Both the position numbers and the translations under genes were made by a program. A stretch of 63,908 nucleotides of DNA, filler included, from Neolecta irregularis DAH-3 (lineage: Eukaryota), in NCBI GenBank assembly GCA_001929475.1. It is 5 parts of 5 records of this genome, joined end to end, with 100 filler letters (N's around TTAATTAATTAA, not from the genome) between each part and the next. Parts side by side here need not be neighbours in the genome. Positions count along the whole stretch, not along the records: positions 1 to 21,845 come from LXFE01000155.1; 4 more parts are not named here. The stretch is one strand, 5' to 3'. Of the stretch, positions 1-11,796 are shown in pieces. The notes below the pieces were generated by a model, which was not told where the DNA came from, did no database searches, and saw only the letters and a program-made list of their open reading frames with translations. How positions within the stretch are numbered: position 1 is the first letter of the stretch; each line of letters opens with the position of its first letter.

Positions 1-395
1 ATTACAATTCTTCTGATACCGATCTCCAAAGATCCCGAAGACCAATATCACCGTGCTCACCAATATCGCCCCAATCTATTACAACAAGTACAACAACTAT
101 CAAACCACTATCGACCTTAAGCTACAACCTGCGTGTGACATACCCAATTTGCCAATATTGAAAATATTCAACAGGTGATTGATGAAGCAACTCAACAAAG
201 GGCAAAATTCGTAGCTAGAGCACCATAATTAGAAGCTAAAAAAGCAGCAAAGGCATTAGAAAAAGCTAGTATTGATAGCTACATGTTTGAATGGCAGCTA
301 AACTTTGAATAGAATGTTGGGGAGACAAATATGTGTCGCCCAAATTTCTTTTCGGTGGCCGGTTCTGGGTGGTGGCTGTTTTCTCGCCGCTGGGC

Positions 396-513
396 CTATC
401 CTGCAAATTTAACCACCGTTCCGATCCAAACCCAATTTACAGTATTCATACCTATATTCCGGAATGACCAATCCTCCATTTCCGATTGTAATTCAACCCT
501 CGGGCAGTCGATT
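396..513. repeat. Copy 1 of a ~115-bp segment duplicated at ~1437-1549
   Basis: ctatcctgcaaatttaac...tcctccatttccgattgtaattcaaccctcgggcagtcgat occurs at both sites, with small substitutions and indels. Confidence 0.9.
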
Positions 514-1448
514 GGTTAATTGGAGCTTCTGGAGCCTCCCATTGAAAGTGCATTTGAAGGAGAGCAATCTGTCTAGCACAAATATAGAAATTGAACTTGC
601 TTAGGTTCCTCCATTCAATGCAAAACATATCTTACCGATTACTCACCACATTTCAGATCAATCTATTCTATATCTCCATTTCTTTCAAGGACAGTCTTGA
701 GGACATCTTTACAGAATGGAATAATCCTCCGGATCCGCACGTATCCTTTGTCTCCGCCCGTTGATCTTCATAATAAAGATAATAGCGCTAAGATGATATA
801 TTAATCAGTCCCAAGCATCTGGAGGCTGCTCGAAATAAGATGTGGCAGTCTTTTCTGAGGGATAAGACTTGGAATCAGAATCATATATTATCAAGAGACT
901 CGTTAATCTTTCAAGCAGTTCCTCTTGACTGTATTTCAAGATTTCAGGCAATGGAACACTGGCGCAGGATAGGTTTTCAATTCTAAGATCGACACTTGTA
1001 TAAACACCTGTAATTAACTGGTTTGAACGGCAGATCATCTCGGGATTAATGTTTCCCCAAACTTGATGTCCTGTTTTCTAATTTCGTTCTCTAGTTCTTC
1101 AAGGGGACGATCATAGTTCTGTTATTATTTTGATAATAAACAGACGAGAACCGTTCATGGCCCCCAGACCGAATTATTAGATCGCTTCCGAGAGATTTTA
1201 GGCGCCTTGGAGGTAGATAGATTCGAACTTGGCACGGAAGGGCCACATCTCCAGAATTTGCAGACCCGACTCTTTGATGGATTCTCATCTTAAAGACCAG
1301 ACATTTCGATTGACTCGGATAAAATGGAAGCCAACATTGAGTTCAGGAGAGATTCTGAGATCGTTGAAAAAGAGACTGAATTACAAGCGCAGCGAGATCA
1401 AGTCTTGCAGAAAACTAAGCAATTCTGAAAATTCGCTATCCTGCAAAT

Positions 1449-3098
1449 TTAACGACCGTTCCGACCCAACCCCAATTCCTCAGTATCATACCTATATTCA
1501 TGACCACTCCTCCATTTCCGATTGTAATTCAACCCTCGGGCAGTCGATGTTTCCATAAAATCATCTAATATCTTCATCCCAATGTTTCTCAGACATTCCA
1601 CAACAATGATATTTCTAGCTGTGTCAAATTGGTATTCCTCCTTTTCAATCTCGCGAATAGAAAGAATTACTCCGCAGAGACTCCGTTCGATAGCAGGATG
1701 TAAATTTGAAAAACTAATAAATGGATGGTAGAGTAGTAATCTGACTAAATGACCGGCTCCAATCAAAATCTTGGATTCGAGATTATTCGCTTCAAGGGAA
1801 ATTCGATTTGGGAGGTTTGAATACCAGATATCAAGAAGTCGTTCAAGACGATCAATATTCTCAGAGAGATCAATTTGATTCATTGACGTTGTACTTTTTT
1901 GAATATTGATCAAGATTTTGGTCAACAGACAGAGATGGCGGAAGAATATACTAGAAAGAGTGGTTCCCTCGGTGTAAGTGTGATCTTGATGTGTCGAAGG
2001 ACCGGGAAGGAAGGATTCGGTGTCAAGACTGAGCAAAGGAGATAATGCATCTATGGACGTTGAATACCTAAATAATCAACTCTTTTCTTGTACAGCAAAG
2101 TTACCATAATTCAGAAATCACCACACACCACCACAATCTCTTTGCATAACCGGCTTCATTCGGTGGGAAAAATTGCGGCATCACACTTAATCCCAAAGTC
2201 TGTGCAGCAGTGGTTAATCTGCCTGCAACAACAGCCATCTCGCTCCGCCTTTCCATTTTACAATGTACAAGGAAGATACATAGACTCTGAACGCTGGAAA
2301 TACATGGTGTTGATAAATGGATGATCTGATTGTACACTAAATTCTTCAGGCTGTGATAGCTAATCTCGGAGCTGAGAAGTGATGGGGCTTGAGAAGCTGC
2401 TGCTGCGCATACAGTGAGGATTAAATGAGAAGAGGGCGGACTTTTTGTTTCAGGCTCAAGGCTTTTGAAGAAGGAGTATAGGTCGAGGACAGGGAAATAT
2501 CCGTGCATCTTATCGGTATAACTTGAAGTCAGTACCTTTACAAAAGTGACATACTATTTAAATAATCGCTTCTGAACATCTTCTGATATGGGAAACGTCT
2601 TATCTTCAACAGGAGGGGCAATGAATCCAATAAAAATGTTTTTCTCCAATTCGTGTCCATCTATCAGTAACCCTGGATTTTTGGCCTGGCACAGCCCAAA
2701 GCTCGTTGCCGAACAACTTGTCGTTGTATACAGCACGAAATTATTGTCTGCGATTTGGGGGAATGATGAGTCTTTACGCCGGGTTGACTCGAGAGTTTTC
2801 GTTACTCTTTCAAGCCGGTTCGTTAACATGTCGTAGTATCTGCCTGTGGATAAATACGAAGAGAATTAAAAAGTAATACCCCCGCTGAGGGCCTCGCTTT
2901 TTGCGATCGCTAAATATACATGGGATGTTGCGGACATTGCAGTGATGACAGCTTCCCGAACTGCCATCTCTGATACATCTCGATTTCTAAATGGTCAATA
3001 ACCAGAAAAGATCTAGTCTTTACAATGCGTTGACAGTTTAGACATGCTTTTGTTAACGTTGATGATATCGTGGGCGGTTTCTCGTTCGTATCGCTCAT
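1449..3098 (-). CDS. Zn(II)2Cys6 transcription factor with fungal-specific TF domain (multi-exon; 3' end approximate)
   Basis: Spliced N-terminus ACLNCQRI|KSRCIRDGSSGSCHHCNVRNIPC. Downstream exons HGYFPVLD...AAQTLGL...KRLWWCVVISELW and LLLYHPF are typical of Fungal_trans. Confidence 0.85.
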
Positions 3099-3278
3099 AG
3101 CATAATCTTGAAGAGGATATCAGCATCGTTATCTAGAATCTCCACCTAAATCCAGCAGTCACGTGTTGAGAAATTGCAGTTGCAAAAAGTTATTCTCGTC
3201 AGAAATATTGATGCAACCAACAGTTCGTATTATCCCAACTTATATTTACACAAGTGCCTAGCGATACCTAATAATTAA

Positions 3279-4988
3279 TTAATCGACCCGGTATAACTCT
3301 AAATCGAAAGCGGATAATATTTTCTCGACTCTATGTTGAAAAATTTTCATTTCCACGATCCGTTTAACATCAACCATGGCATCTGGATCCTGAAGACAAT
3401 TCTTCGCGAGTATTGTTATAGCTAATGAGATTCCAACTTCCATGACAAGACCCATCGGACCATCGCAGAGGGCCATAGAGACCTTTGACGCTGTTTCGAC
3501 GATGCCGCTTGCGCAGCGGGTCATAATAACCGAGTTTACTGCTAATGGTCGATGCAGTAGTATATTGATTGATAGATAGACGATATTTAAGATTCCTTGT
3601 TGTGAGAATTTCATATAATCAGTCAAATACCAGAAAAAGTATGTCCCCAACTTGGCCCTAGTTGTTTCTTTGAAGGAACATTGGCAAACCAGTTGGCCAG
3701 ATCAGATCTAAGCGCATTGATATTCTGAAAGCAAGCGGCATCACCGCTTTCTTTTATTGGATACAAGCTGATCATTACACGATGTAATACTTCCGTTGCC
3801 GAGGAGAAGCTGCTAAAGAAGAGACTTTGGCTAAAAGTTCCTTCTGGAGGCAAGGGCATTGTTGGTAGAAGGCCGAGTAGTGCTGATTCCCAGGTATCGG
3901 CAATCCAGATATACCACCCTGTACGTAAGTCTCTGTCAAATGTTGAATTCCAAAGACGAACGGTCTGATTAGCAGTTGAAAACAATCATTACTAGTACCA
4001 ATCCATGTGATAGACGATCCCGAGAAGAACAGAGTCTTACAACCACCATGGCGATTAAATGAGCTGTGGTGATATATGAATAGTCATTCAGGATAAGATT
4101 GACTCTGGTTAATAAGCCTGCTTTGTCGAGCTCTGCGTTTTGTCGACAACGAGAATCTGTTGATATTCTGGAGGCAGCAAATGCAACGGTCAGCGATAAG
4201 ATTCCACTGTGTGAATTCGTAGAGAAAGAATCTTGGTCAATGATCGGGAATAACGGATGGAGACTTGAGAAATACCTATGATCAATAAATTCCGAGAAGA
4301 AAGACAAACTGCAAAGTCAATGATTCAGCAAGATCAGCTGGAATTTGTTCACAAAGCTGATTCACCAAAGAAACGTAAACGCTAGGTGGCTGCTCATCAG
4401 CCTTTACCTCACAGTGTGTTTTCAAGTGAGGTTCAGATAACATAATATCTTTCGCCCCGGTTTGCGCTTGACCAACTCCTGAGAGGCAAGCTCGTAGATC
4501 CAGTGCTTCGTTGATGACTGGGAGGCTTTGAAGGGGTAGGTTTGAGTGTTTTGGAGATTGAGTGAAAGGTTGATGGCCTGGCGCTGGAGATACAACACTT
4601 TCAAGGAGCTTTTCTATTTTGGAGATGTATGTTGTTACAGAGTCTGATTGATGGCTGTTGTTATAGCTGTTGTTACGAGTACAAGGCGTACCGGGAATCC
4701 AGTCTTGCGGGTTTTTGTGACGGTGATGGAGCCATTGAACATGCCAGTCTAGCGTTCTTGCAGTGCTTGCATATCGGCCAGTGTTCTTCAAAAGTACACC
4801 TGCGAATATCAGAGACCCGTCTAGCGTGTCTGCGGCACTTTATTTTCTATATCAAGTCAATTTAACGGACCTTGTTAACTGCGCACCCTCCTCCGACACC
4901 GGTCACAGGCGGGTAATTTGCGTATTGCTTTGCGATCTGGGCTGCCTGACGACGGGCGGCCAGTCGCAGCGGCGGGTGATCGGCGCAT
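3279..4988 (-). CDS. Zn(II)2Cys6 transcription factor with fungal-specific TF domain (multi-exon; alternative ATG at 5093)
   Basis: Spliced ACDRCRRR|KIK|CTFEEHWPICKHCKNARLAC. Also YFSSLHPLFPIID, DLRTGWYIWIADTWESALLGLLP and ILLHRP. Confidence 0.85.
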
Positions 4989-5072
4989 TAGACGCCTCGG
5001 GGAGTTCCGCGAAGAACGACTAGGCAGGAACGCGCGGCACGTGATTATACGGGAAGCGGATCCAGCCAATGC

Positions 5073-5114
5073 TTTCCCGAGATCGCCCGGCATGATTTCC
5101 CGAGATCGTCCGGC
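5073..5114. promoter_or_regulatory. 19-bp direct repeat containing CCG/CGG triplets in a divergent promoter
   Basis: tttcccgagatcgcccggc (5073-5091) and tttcccgagatcgtccggc (5096-5114). CACGTG (5038) and CCAAT (5066) lie nearby. Confidence 0.5.
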
Positions 5115-5129
5115 GCCGGATCGTCATTA

Positions 5130-6938
5130 ATGACCCGCCTACAGAAACTACCGCGGCCGCTGCCTGAACCCCCGAAAACTCCAAACGGCGATACAAAAGA
5201 GCGGGATGCGGGCGCGGACGATGATTGCAGAAGTGCATGCAGCCGCTTAGCGCTTTCTCCCGGAGAAAAACGACACCTGACTCGGACGAAGAAGAGGACT
5301 GCGCTGCAGGCACAGATCACACAGATCGAAGGCATAATGATCGATATTCTTGATCAGCGGGCCTATTCCTCAGATCTTGAGGTCAGAGATCAACTTGTCG
5401 ATATGGTAACAAACATACAAATCTTTCTGCCAACATCAGATCCATACATCTTTCTCGAGAAAATTTACAGCGAGAGGATATCTCAATAGCACCGGGAGGA
5501 CATCCAGGCAGAAAACCTTTGATATATCCACACTATTAGCATATCTCCCCCATGAGATTCATGCACTACCTCAGATTGCGGAAAAGCCCTTCGAGTATGA
5601 GTTGGATGCCATGCAGACTCCAGAATATCAGAGTCTTTTTCACAAATATCTAGCCGTCTCAGCAAGATGTTTAAGTTCTTCCCCCACTCATTGCGACATT
5701 TGGTCTACCGTAATACCACAAATGGCACGAGAGACGTCCTCTGCTCTGCTCGAAATCGTTGTCGCCATTGGTGCATTGCAAGTGGCTAGAATGGACGGTA
5801 GTTCGATTGCTATTGCCTTGTATCATTATCAAAAGGCCTTGAGTCTAGCTCGGAAGGATGTGACATCCCCCCAGACGGCTCTGACAGATCACACCTTTGC
5901 ATTAATCTATCTTTTGGGCTGGTTTGATGTTAGAAACTGCAGTCCTTACCTTGCTTATGAAATTAGCTTTTTCGTGGAGATAACGCATCAATGGGACTTC
6001 ATATGATAGGTTGCCGAAATATAATAAGTAATCGCGGAAAAACAATATCAGATGAACCACTGGGTCGATGTCTTTTTAGTCACTTCACCAGAGTTGAAAT
6101 TGCAACAAGTATGGTCACTGGGAACTCGTCGTTCATGAATCCGGAATGGTATAATCTGGATCCATTTGTGAACGCCAGGTTGGACGAAAACTCGATCTAT
6201 ACATATGCCGCAGACGTTGCATACAGTCGCCTTTGCATCATACAGTCCAAGCTCACCGAACTCAAAGCTTGGAAAGTCAATTATAAAAAGAATGGGGGAG
6301 ATACCACAGCTGGGCAAGTTGAACTGATGTCTCGAATCACATTGGCAGAAAAAGAACTTTTTGATTGGAAAGCTTCATTACCCTCTTGGTTCGGACCACT
6401 ACCTGACGAGCCAGGAACCCTTGGCTTTGATCCGACAGCCTCAGATATCAACTGTATTCGGCCAAGTAGATATCCAAGCGAAGGAATCGCGATCGTTTAC
6501 GCGAATTTCCTCGCAACATATCTTCAACTCCATCACCTTTTTCACGTTGATGTTTTCAACCCTGGATCAAGCCTGGCTGCAGCAGCACTCGAAATACTGC
6601 GTATATTCGCGTTTGTACCCCCCGAATCAATTGTATTCATGGTCGTCCCAGTAAGTAGTGCTGGAATGTCATTGTCACATCCTCATCAAAGGAACTGGAC
6701 CTTGAATCAACTCTATCAAAACCCTACGAAACTTGATGCTGCAGAATTGATCAGAGCTGCCTTGGCACATATATACAAAGTTCGAGATATTGATGGTCGA
6801 TTTCAAATTGTCGTTGACGATGATCTCTCCAATAGAGATGAATTTGAACGGGTGCCTGAGGGCGTTGAACGCGAAATCGAAGGGGTCAGTGAAAATTTGT
6901 ATAAAGCAGAAGGGCTGATCCGGTTGGCAGAAGTCTAA
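5130..6938 (+). CDS. Fungal_trans_2 (DUF3468-type) transcription-factor-domain protein, apparently without an intact Zn2Cys6 cluster
   Basis: LFHKYL...IWSTVIPQMARETSSALLEIVVAIGALQ...ALYHYQKALSL...IYLLGWFD and HMIGCRNIISNRG. ORFs 5130, 5602 and 5991 can be joined by short introns. Confidence 0.75.
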
Positions 6939-7628
6939 TAATTCAGAGGGGTTATCTTATAGGGCATTTAAATATTTGTTTCTTGGCATTGGATGTTTAT
7001 TTTGATTAGTGGGAGTTGACATTAAGTTCTGGTGTTGTCTATTGATACAATGATTCGATGACATGTGCCAAGGAAGATTCCTAATACTTTCATTATTACT
7101 GTACTCGGGATGTCCTCTAACACTAATATTCCAAGGTGATATTTGATTTCTACACACTTTTGTGAATGCAAACGGAAAAGCTTCGCAATGCGTCAAACCA
7201 GCTACAACCACATTTTGATCCGACTCCATACGATTCAACGACCAAAGATTTCTGATTCATTCCTTTTATACTTACCAGGTGGACTTGCAATGCGTCCTAG
7301 CACCTCCAAAAAGTGGCATCAATGCATCTGGACACTCTGATGACAGCGTATATCCTCCAATATCAGATAGAATTGTGCATCAAGGTTGAAAATCTTTTAA
7401 ATTGTAGAGTCAAAAAGGGAAATATGAAAAGAATACTTTTATAGTATGATAAATATTTGATCGGAGCTTGTACAACATGATGTAAGACAGCCAATTGTGG
7501 AGAGGCAAAACACTTCATAGTATTCTGCAGATAGGCGCATATCTATGGATCATCATTATACCAAAACCTCCAAAGAGCCGTATCAACATGATTCTTCGAA
7601 ATGTCCTCGATTGAAAGCACGTAAATCT

Positions 7629-9640
7629 TCAGTGGTGGAATAAACGCAGTCCGGTGTCGATGTAGACCATGTCGTATTCATCTGCAGTGTCTCGAACAAC
7701 TTTATCCATCACGCTTCCACTAGGAGCAGCAATGTATGACACCCCGCTTTTCGCGAGCCTATGAATGTTATCAGGAAATGGGAAAAATGCATCGCTTGAA
7801 GCTGTAACGCCCGTTAACTCTTTGAGCCAGGATTTCCGTTCTTGAACAGAAAGACGATCAGGGACTGTCATGAAACTGTCTTCCCAGCTTTTTCTGGCGG
7901 ATCCAGAGTCAGGGATTTGATCGCTAACATAGAGATCGATAGCATTCGACTTTTCCGGTCGTTTAGTAGATGATGACCATTCAAAATTCAGGACTTTAGG
8001 ATGATGCCTAAGCCACCTTATCCTTAGTCAATCATAGATATTTGAGACAGACCATAAATCTGCTTTTTCCCCGGCCAGTCGAGTGCAATGAATTCGGCTT
8101 TGTTGACCGGCTCCAAGACCAATGACCATACCGTTTTTTGCATAGCAAACGGAATTACTCTGAGTGTATTTCAAGGCAATTGTAGCAACAATCAAATCAA
8201 CTAGAGCATGTTCAGGTAACTCTGTATTTTTCGAGACAATGTCTTTGAACGTTGATACATCAATGCAAGCGTCGTTTCGTCGTTGCTGAAGGAGAACTCC
8301 GTAAACCTGTTTTGTTTCCGTTAGAGGTGGGTTATAATTGGGATCCATCTGACAAAAATTAAGTATATAACTTCAAGGCATGGTGCACCTTAAGAATGGT
8401 ATACTTTCCACCCTTTTTCTTCTTGAGAATTTCCAATGCATCGGCATTGTATCCTGGGGCAATTACACCATCGGAGACTTCTTTTGAGATGATTTGAGCG
8501 GTGGATAAATCAACCTTATGGCTCAAGGCAATCATATCGCCAAAGCTGCTCATTCGATCAGCCCCTCGAGCTCTAGCATAAGCGCATGCCAGCCGACTCA
8601 TGTTCTTGATATCTTCAACAAAATAAACTTTTTTCTCGAGATCGCTTAATGGGATACCGACAGCAGCTCCCGCTGGACTAACATGCTTAAAACTGGTTGC
8701 AGCGGGAAGATCGAGAGCATCGCTTAACTCTTTGACGAGTGGCCAGGCATTCAGAGCATCGAGTAAATTGATATAACCAGGGGACCCATTGAGAACTGTA
8801 AACGGGAGTTCCCCTGCTCTAACGAATGCCTGGGCAGGCACCTGATGAGGGTTGACGCCATACCGAAGTGACAGCGTTGAAATACCTTTGGCATATTTCA
8901 ATCTGAAGTAGTCAGAAATGGCAGTGTCATAGTCTGCTGTCTGAGAAAAAGCTTTCAAGGCATATGCATTTCTTGACTTTTCCCTGATTCCGTCTTTCGA
9001 GAGTTCATCTAAGAAGGATGGATAATCGTTTGGATCACATAAGATTGTAACTCGAGAATGGTTTTTGGCGGCTGCTCTGAGCAATGTCACTCCGCCTATA
9101 AGGAGTCAACTTATTTTCACATAGAGTATATACCAATATCGATTTGTTCGATCGCTTCAGCAATAGTTACACCTGGAGCTGCAATTGTTTGCTTGAAAGG
9201 GTAAAGATTGCAAACAACATAGTCGATCTTTTCAAATCCATTATCGGCAAGGTCAATTTCATCTGAATCGAGGTTTCGCGCAAGAATTCCTCCATAGACA
9301 GCGGGATGAAGAGTTTTAACTCGGCCACCGAGAATCTCGGGCGCTTTTGTGAAGTCGGACACTTCTCTTTGTACCAAGTCAGTGTTTGGCTTGGACCATC
9401 GGACTAACTCAACAGCAAATCCAGCTTCTCGGATCAGCTTTGCAGTCCCACCTAGTCGTCTTTAACGCTGTATTGGATCGCCAATGGTCATACCCGACGC
9501 TAGCAATCTGACTTTATGCTCAATCAACTGTTTCGCGAGGTCCAATAGGCCTGTCTTGTCGTATACCGAGAGGATGGCTGCATCATTAAATAAAATCCAT
9601 GCTACGAGAAAATACCAGTCTTGGTTCTTTCTTCGACCAT
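7629..9640 (-). CDS. ADE17: Bifunctional AICAR transformylase/IMP cyclohydrolase (PurH)
   Basis: [60 protein letters not shown] and C-terminal RLFHH. Confidence 0.97.
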
Positions 9641-9910
9641 CGCACAAATTTGCAAATCAAAGTTTTGGCAGCCGCAGAATTCAACTGGTTTCGTTTGCAC
9701 CATTCGCAGGTTTGGCTACTCAAATTGCCGTCAAATGAAAAAAGACCCCTAATTTAATATTCGCGCTATTTAAACCGCTAGACACCTTCCGCTTTATTCA
9801 ACAACGCAAATTTTCTGTCCCATCAAAAAGCACCCGCTGCTATGACTGTTTCTGCTTTTGGGCAAATGGAACGATCGAGGATGCTGTGGGCCGTCAAGTG
9901 GACTGGAGAG

Positions 9911-9917
9911 TGAGTCA
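9911..9917. promoter_or_regulatory. TGAGTCA (Gcn4/CpcA- or Bas1-type) site upstream of ADE16/17
   Basis: Perfect TGA(C/G)TCA about 270 bp upstream of the purine gene ATG. Yeast ADE genes are regulated through TGACTC sites. Confidence 0.4.
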
Positions 9918-10178
9918 GGCTTTCTGTAGCCCCCGGTTATGGGTGAGGCGTGCTGATGAGGAATCTTCGTATTTCTTGCATGTAGTGAGTCTCAATGACT
10001 GGTGGTATATTTAGGCTCTTGAATATGAATTAGATGGATTATTTGAGCCATCTGCCTCCATGTTGGTGAGCTTGTGCATGCCAACTTTGACTTCAAACCT
10101 TCCAAGTCCCGTGATTTAGGAATTATCTGTTCAAGCAGATCATTAGGCCACCCCCTCAATTCAACAGAACAATATACA

Positions 10179-11111
10179 ATGTCCGGTATCGGAAGTGGCT
10201 ATGACCTCAGCTGTACATACTCTCCTGACGGTAGGGTCTTCCAGGTTGAATATGCCGGCAAAGCGGTGGAGAACGCAGGGTAACCTTCATATTTTTGTGA
10301 TGACGTTAACCAGAGTAGCACCGCGATTGGCCTTCGGGTGAACGATGGTGTTGTTCTTGCTGTTCAGAAACTTGTGCAATCAAAGCTCCTAAAGCCCGGC
10401 GCGAACAAAAGGCTTGCTACAGTGGATAGACATATCGGAATCGTAAAGACCGTCCTAATATCTTGAATAATACATTATAGGCGTTCGCCGGCTTGATTCC
10501 TGATGGAGAGCATTTAATCAGGCGTGCGAGGGACGAAGCTCAGAATTGGAGGGAACAGTATAAGGCACCAATTCCTGGAGATGTTTGCAACTCAACTTTA
10601 TCCCCTTTGTAATATGTTCAGGTCCTGGCAGATCGAGTATCGCAATATGTGCAAGCGTACACCCTATATAGTTCAGTCCGGCCTTTTGGTATTGGGACGA
10701 TTGTTGCAGCCGTTGATGAAGATGGTCCTCAGTTATATGCTATCGAACCAAGTGGAGAATCATGGGTATAGAAAATATCTTCGCAGTGCAAACAACCTAG
10801 GGTTATTTCGGTGCAGCAATCGGGAAAGGCCGCCGCGTCGCCAAAACAGAGCTTGAGAAACTCGATCTAAAGAATCTTACAGTTCGAGATGCGGTGAAAG
10901 AAGCTGCCAAGATGTAACACCTTCTTTGGCTGACCGTTGCTTATCAGTTAGAATCTATGCTACCCACGACGAAGGAAAGGACAAAGACTTTGAGCTTGAG
11001 ATGTCGTGGATCAGCAATACGGAGACGAACGGCCACCACCAGTTTGTTCCTGCTGAGATAATAGAAGAAGCGGAGCGTTTGGCAAAAGACGCGGATGACA
11101 TGGAAGAATAG
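10179..11111 (+). CDS. PRE10: 20S proteasome subunit alpha-7
   Basis: [44 protein letters not shown] and [15 protein letters not shown]. Confidence 0.96.
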
Positions 11112-11796
11112 GCAAAATGTGTATATATTTGATACCATTGTCATCACTGCTTCTTTTGGTCTTAAGGTACAGCTGCCAGATTGTTTACCCTTTGTTCCAT
11201 TTGGTGTCAATTGATGCATACTAAATAGATGATACCCTGCTAAAGTAATTGGATCATCCAAAGTCAATCAACCAAATGTTCCACCAACCACTCCACAAGC
11301 TCAGCAATTCCAAAATTCACTTGATATCAACCTTTTTCATACTCCTAAAAGACCTCAACGAAAATATTTTGCTATAGAAAGCTTAAATAGGCAGCAAAAA
11401 TTAGCCTAGGAGAATAGGATTCTCTTGGGCATGTGACAGCTGTCCTTTTTAATATATACAGAGACTCCAACAAGACTTCAATCAAATTGAGGCTCAAGTC
11501 AAAGTTGGATACAATTGAGCCCAAATTGAATAGAGTTGATATTATCATTCAATAGTTGTCAAAGACAAGAATTCTTGTATATCAATAAAGTCCAATTTCT
11601 TGGTGAATATAGTAAATCCTGCTATTCTCCATATCCTCTCTAAATGGACAGAGTTAGTATTTGATTCTACAACTTGGGTGGGGCTGAAAATGGATTGCTT
11701 GGGTGATTAGATAGAGTCCAGTCTCAAATCTTTTGTGATTGATTAGGGTTTAGGGTTAAATGATTCGTTTTATCAACTATATACAAATATAATTAA

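Noticed and set aside
7268-7278. ATACTTACC resembling the U1 snRNA 5' end
   Set aside because: Diverges after 9 nt and has no U1 stem-loops or Sm site that I could see.
10144-10152. GGTGGC cores upstream of PRE10 and the AN1 gene as Rpn4/PACE sites
   Set aside because: Neither matches the full GGTGGCAAA, and a 6-mer is expected by chance.
11743-11757. ttagggtttagggtt telomere-like motif
   Set aside because: Only two units; not significant.
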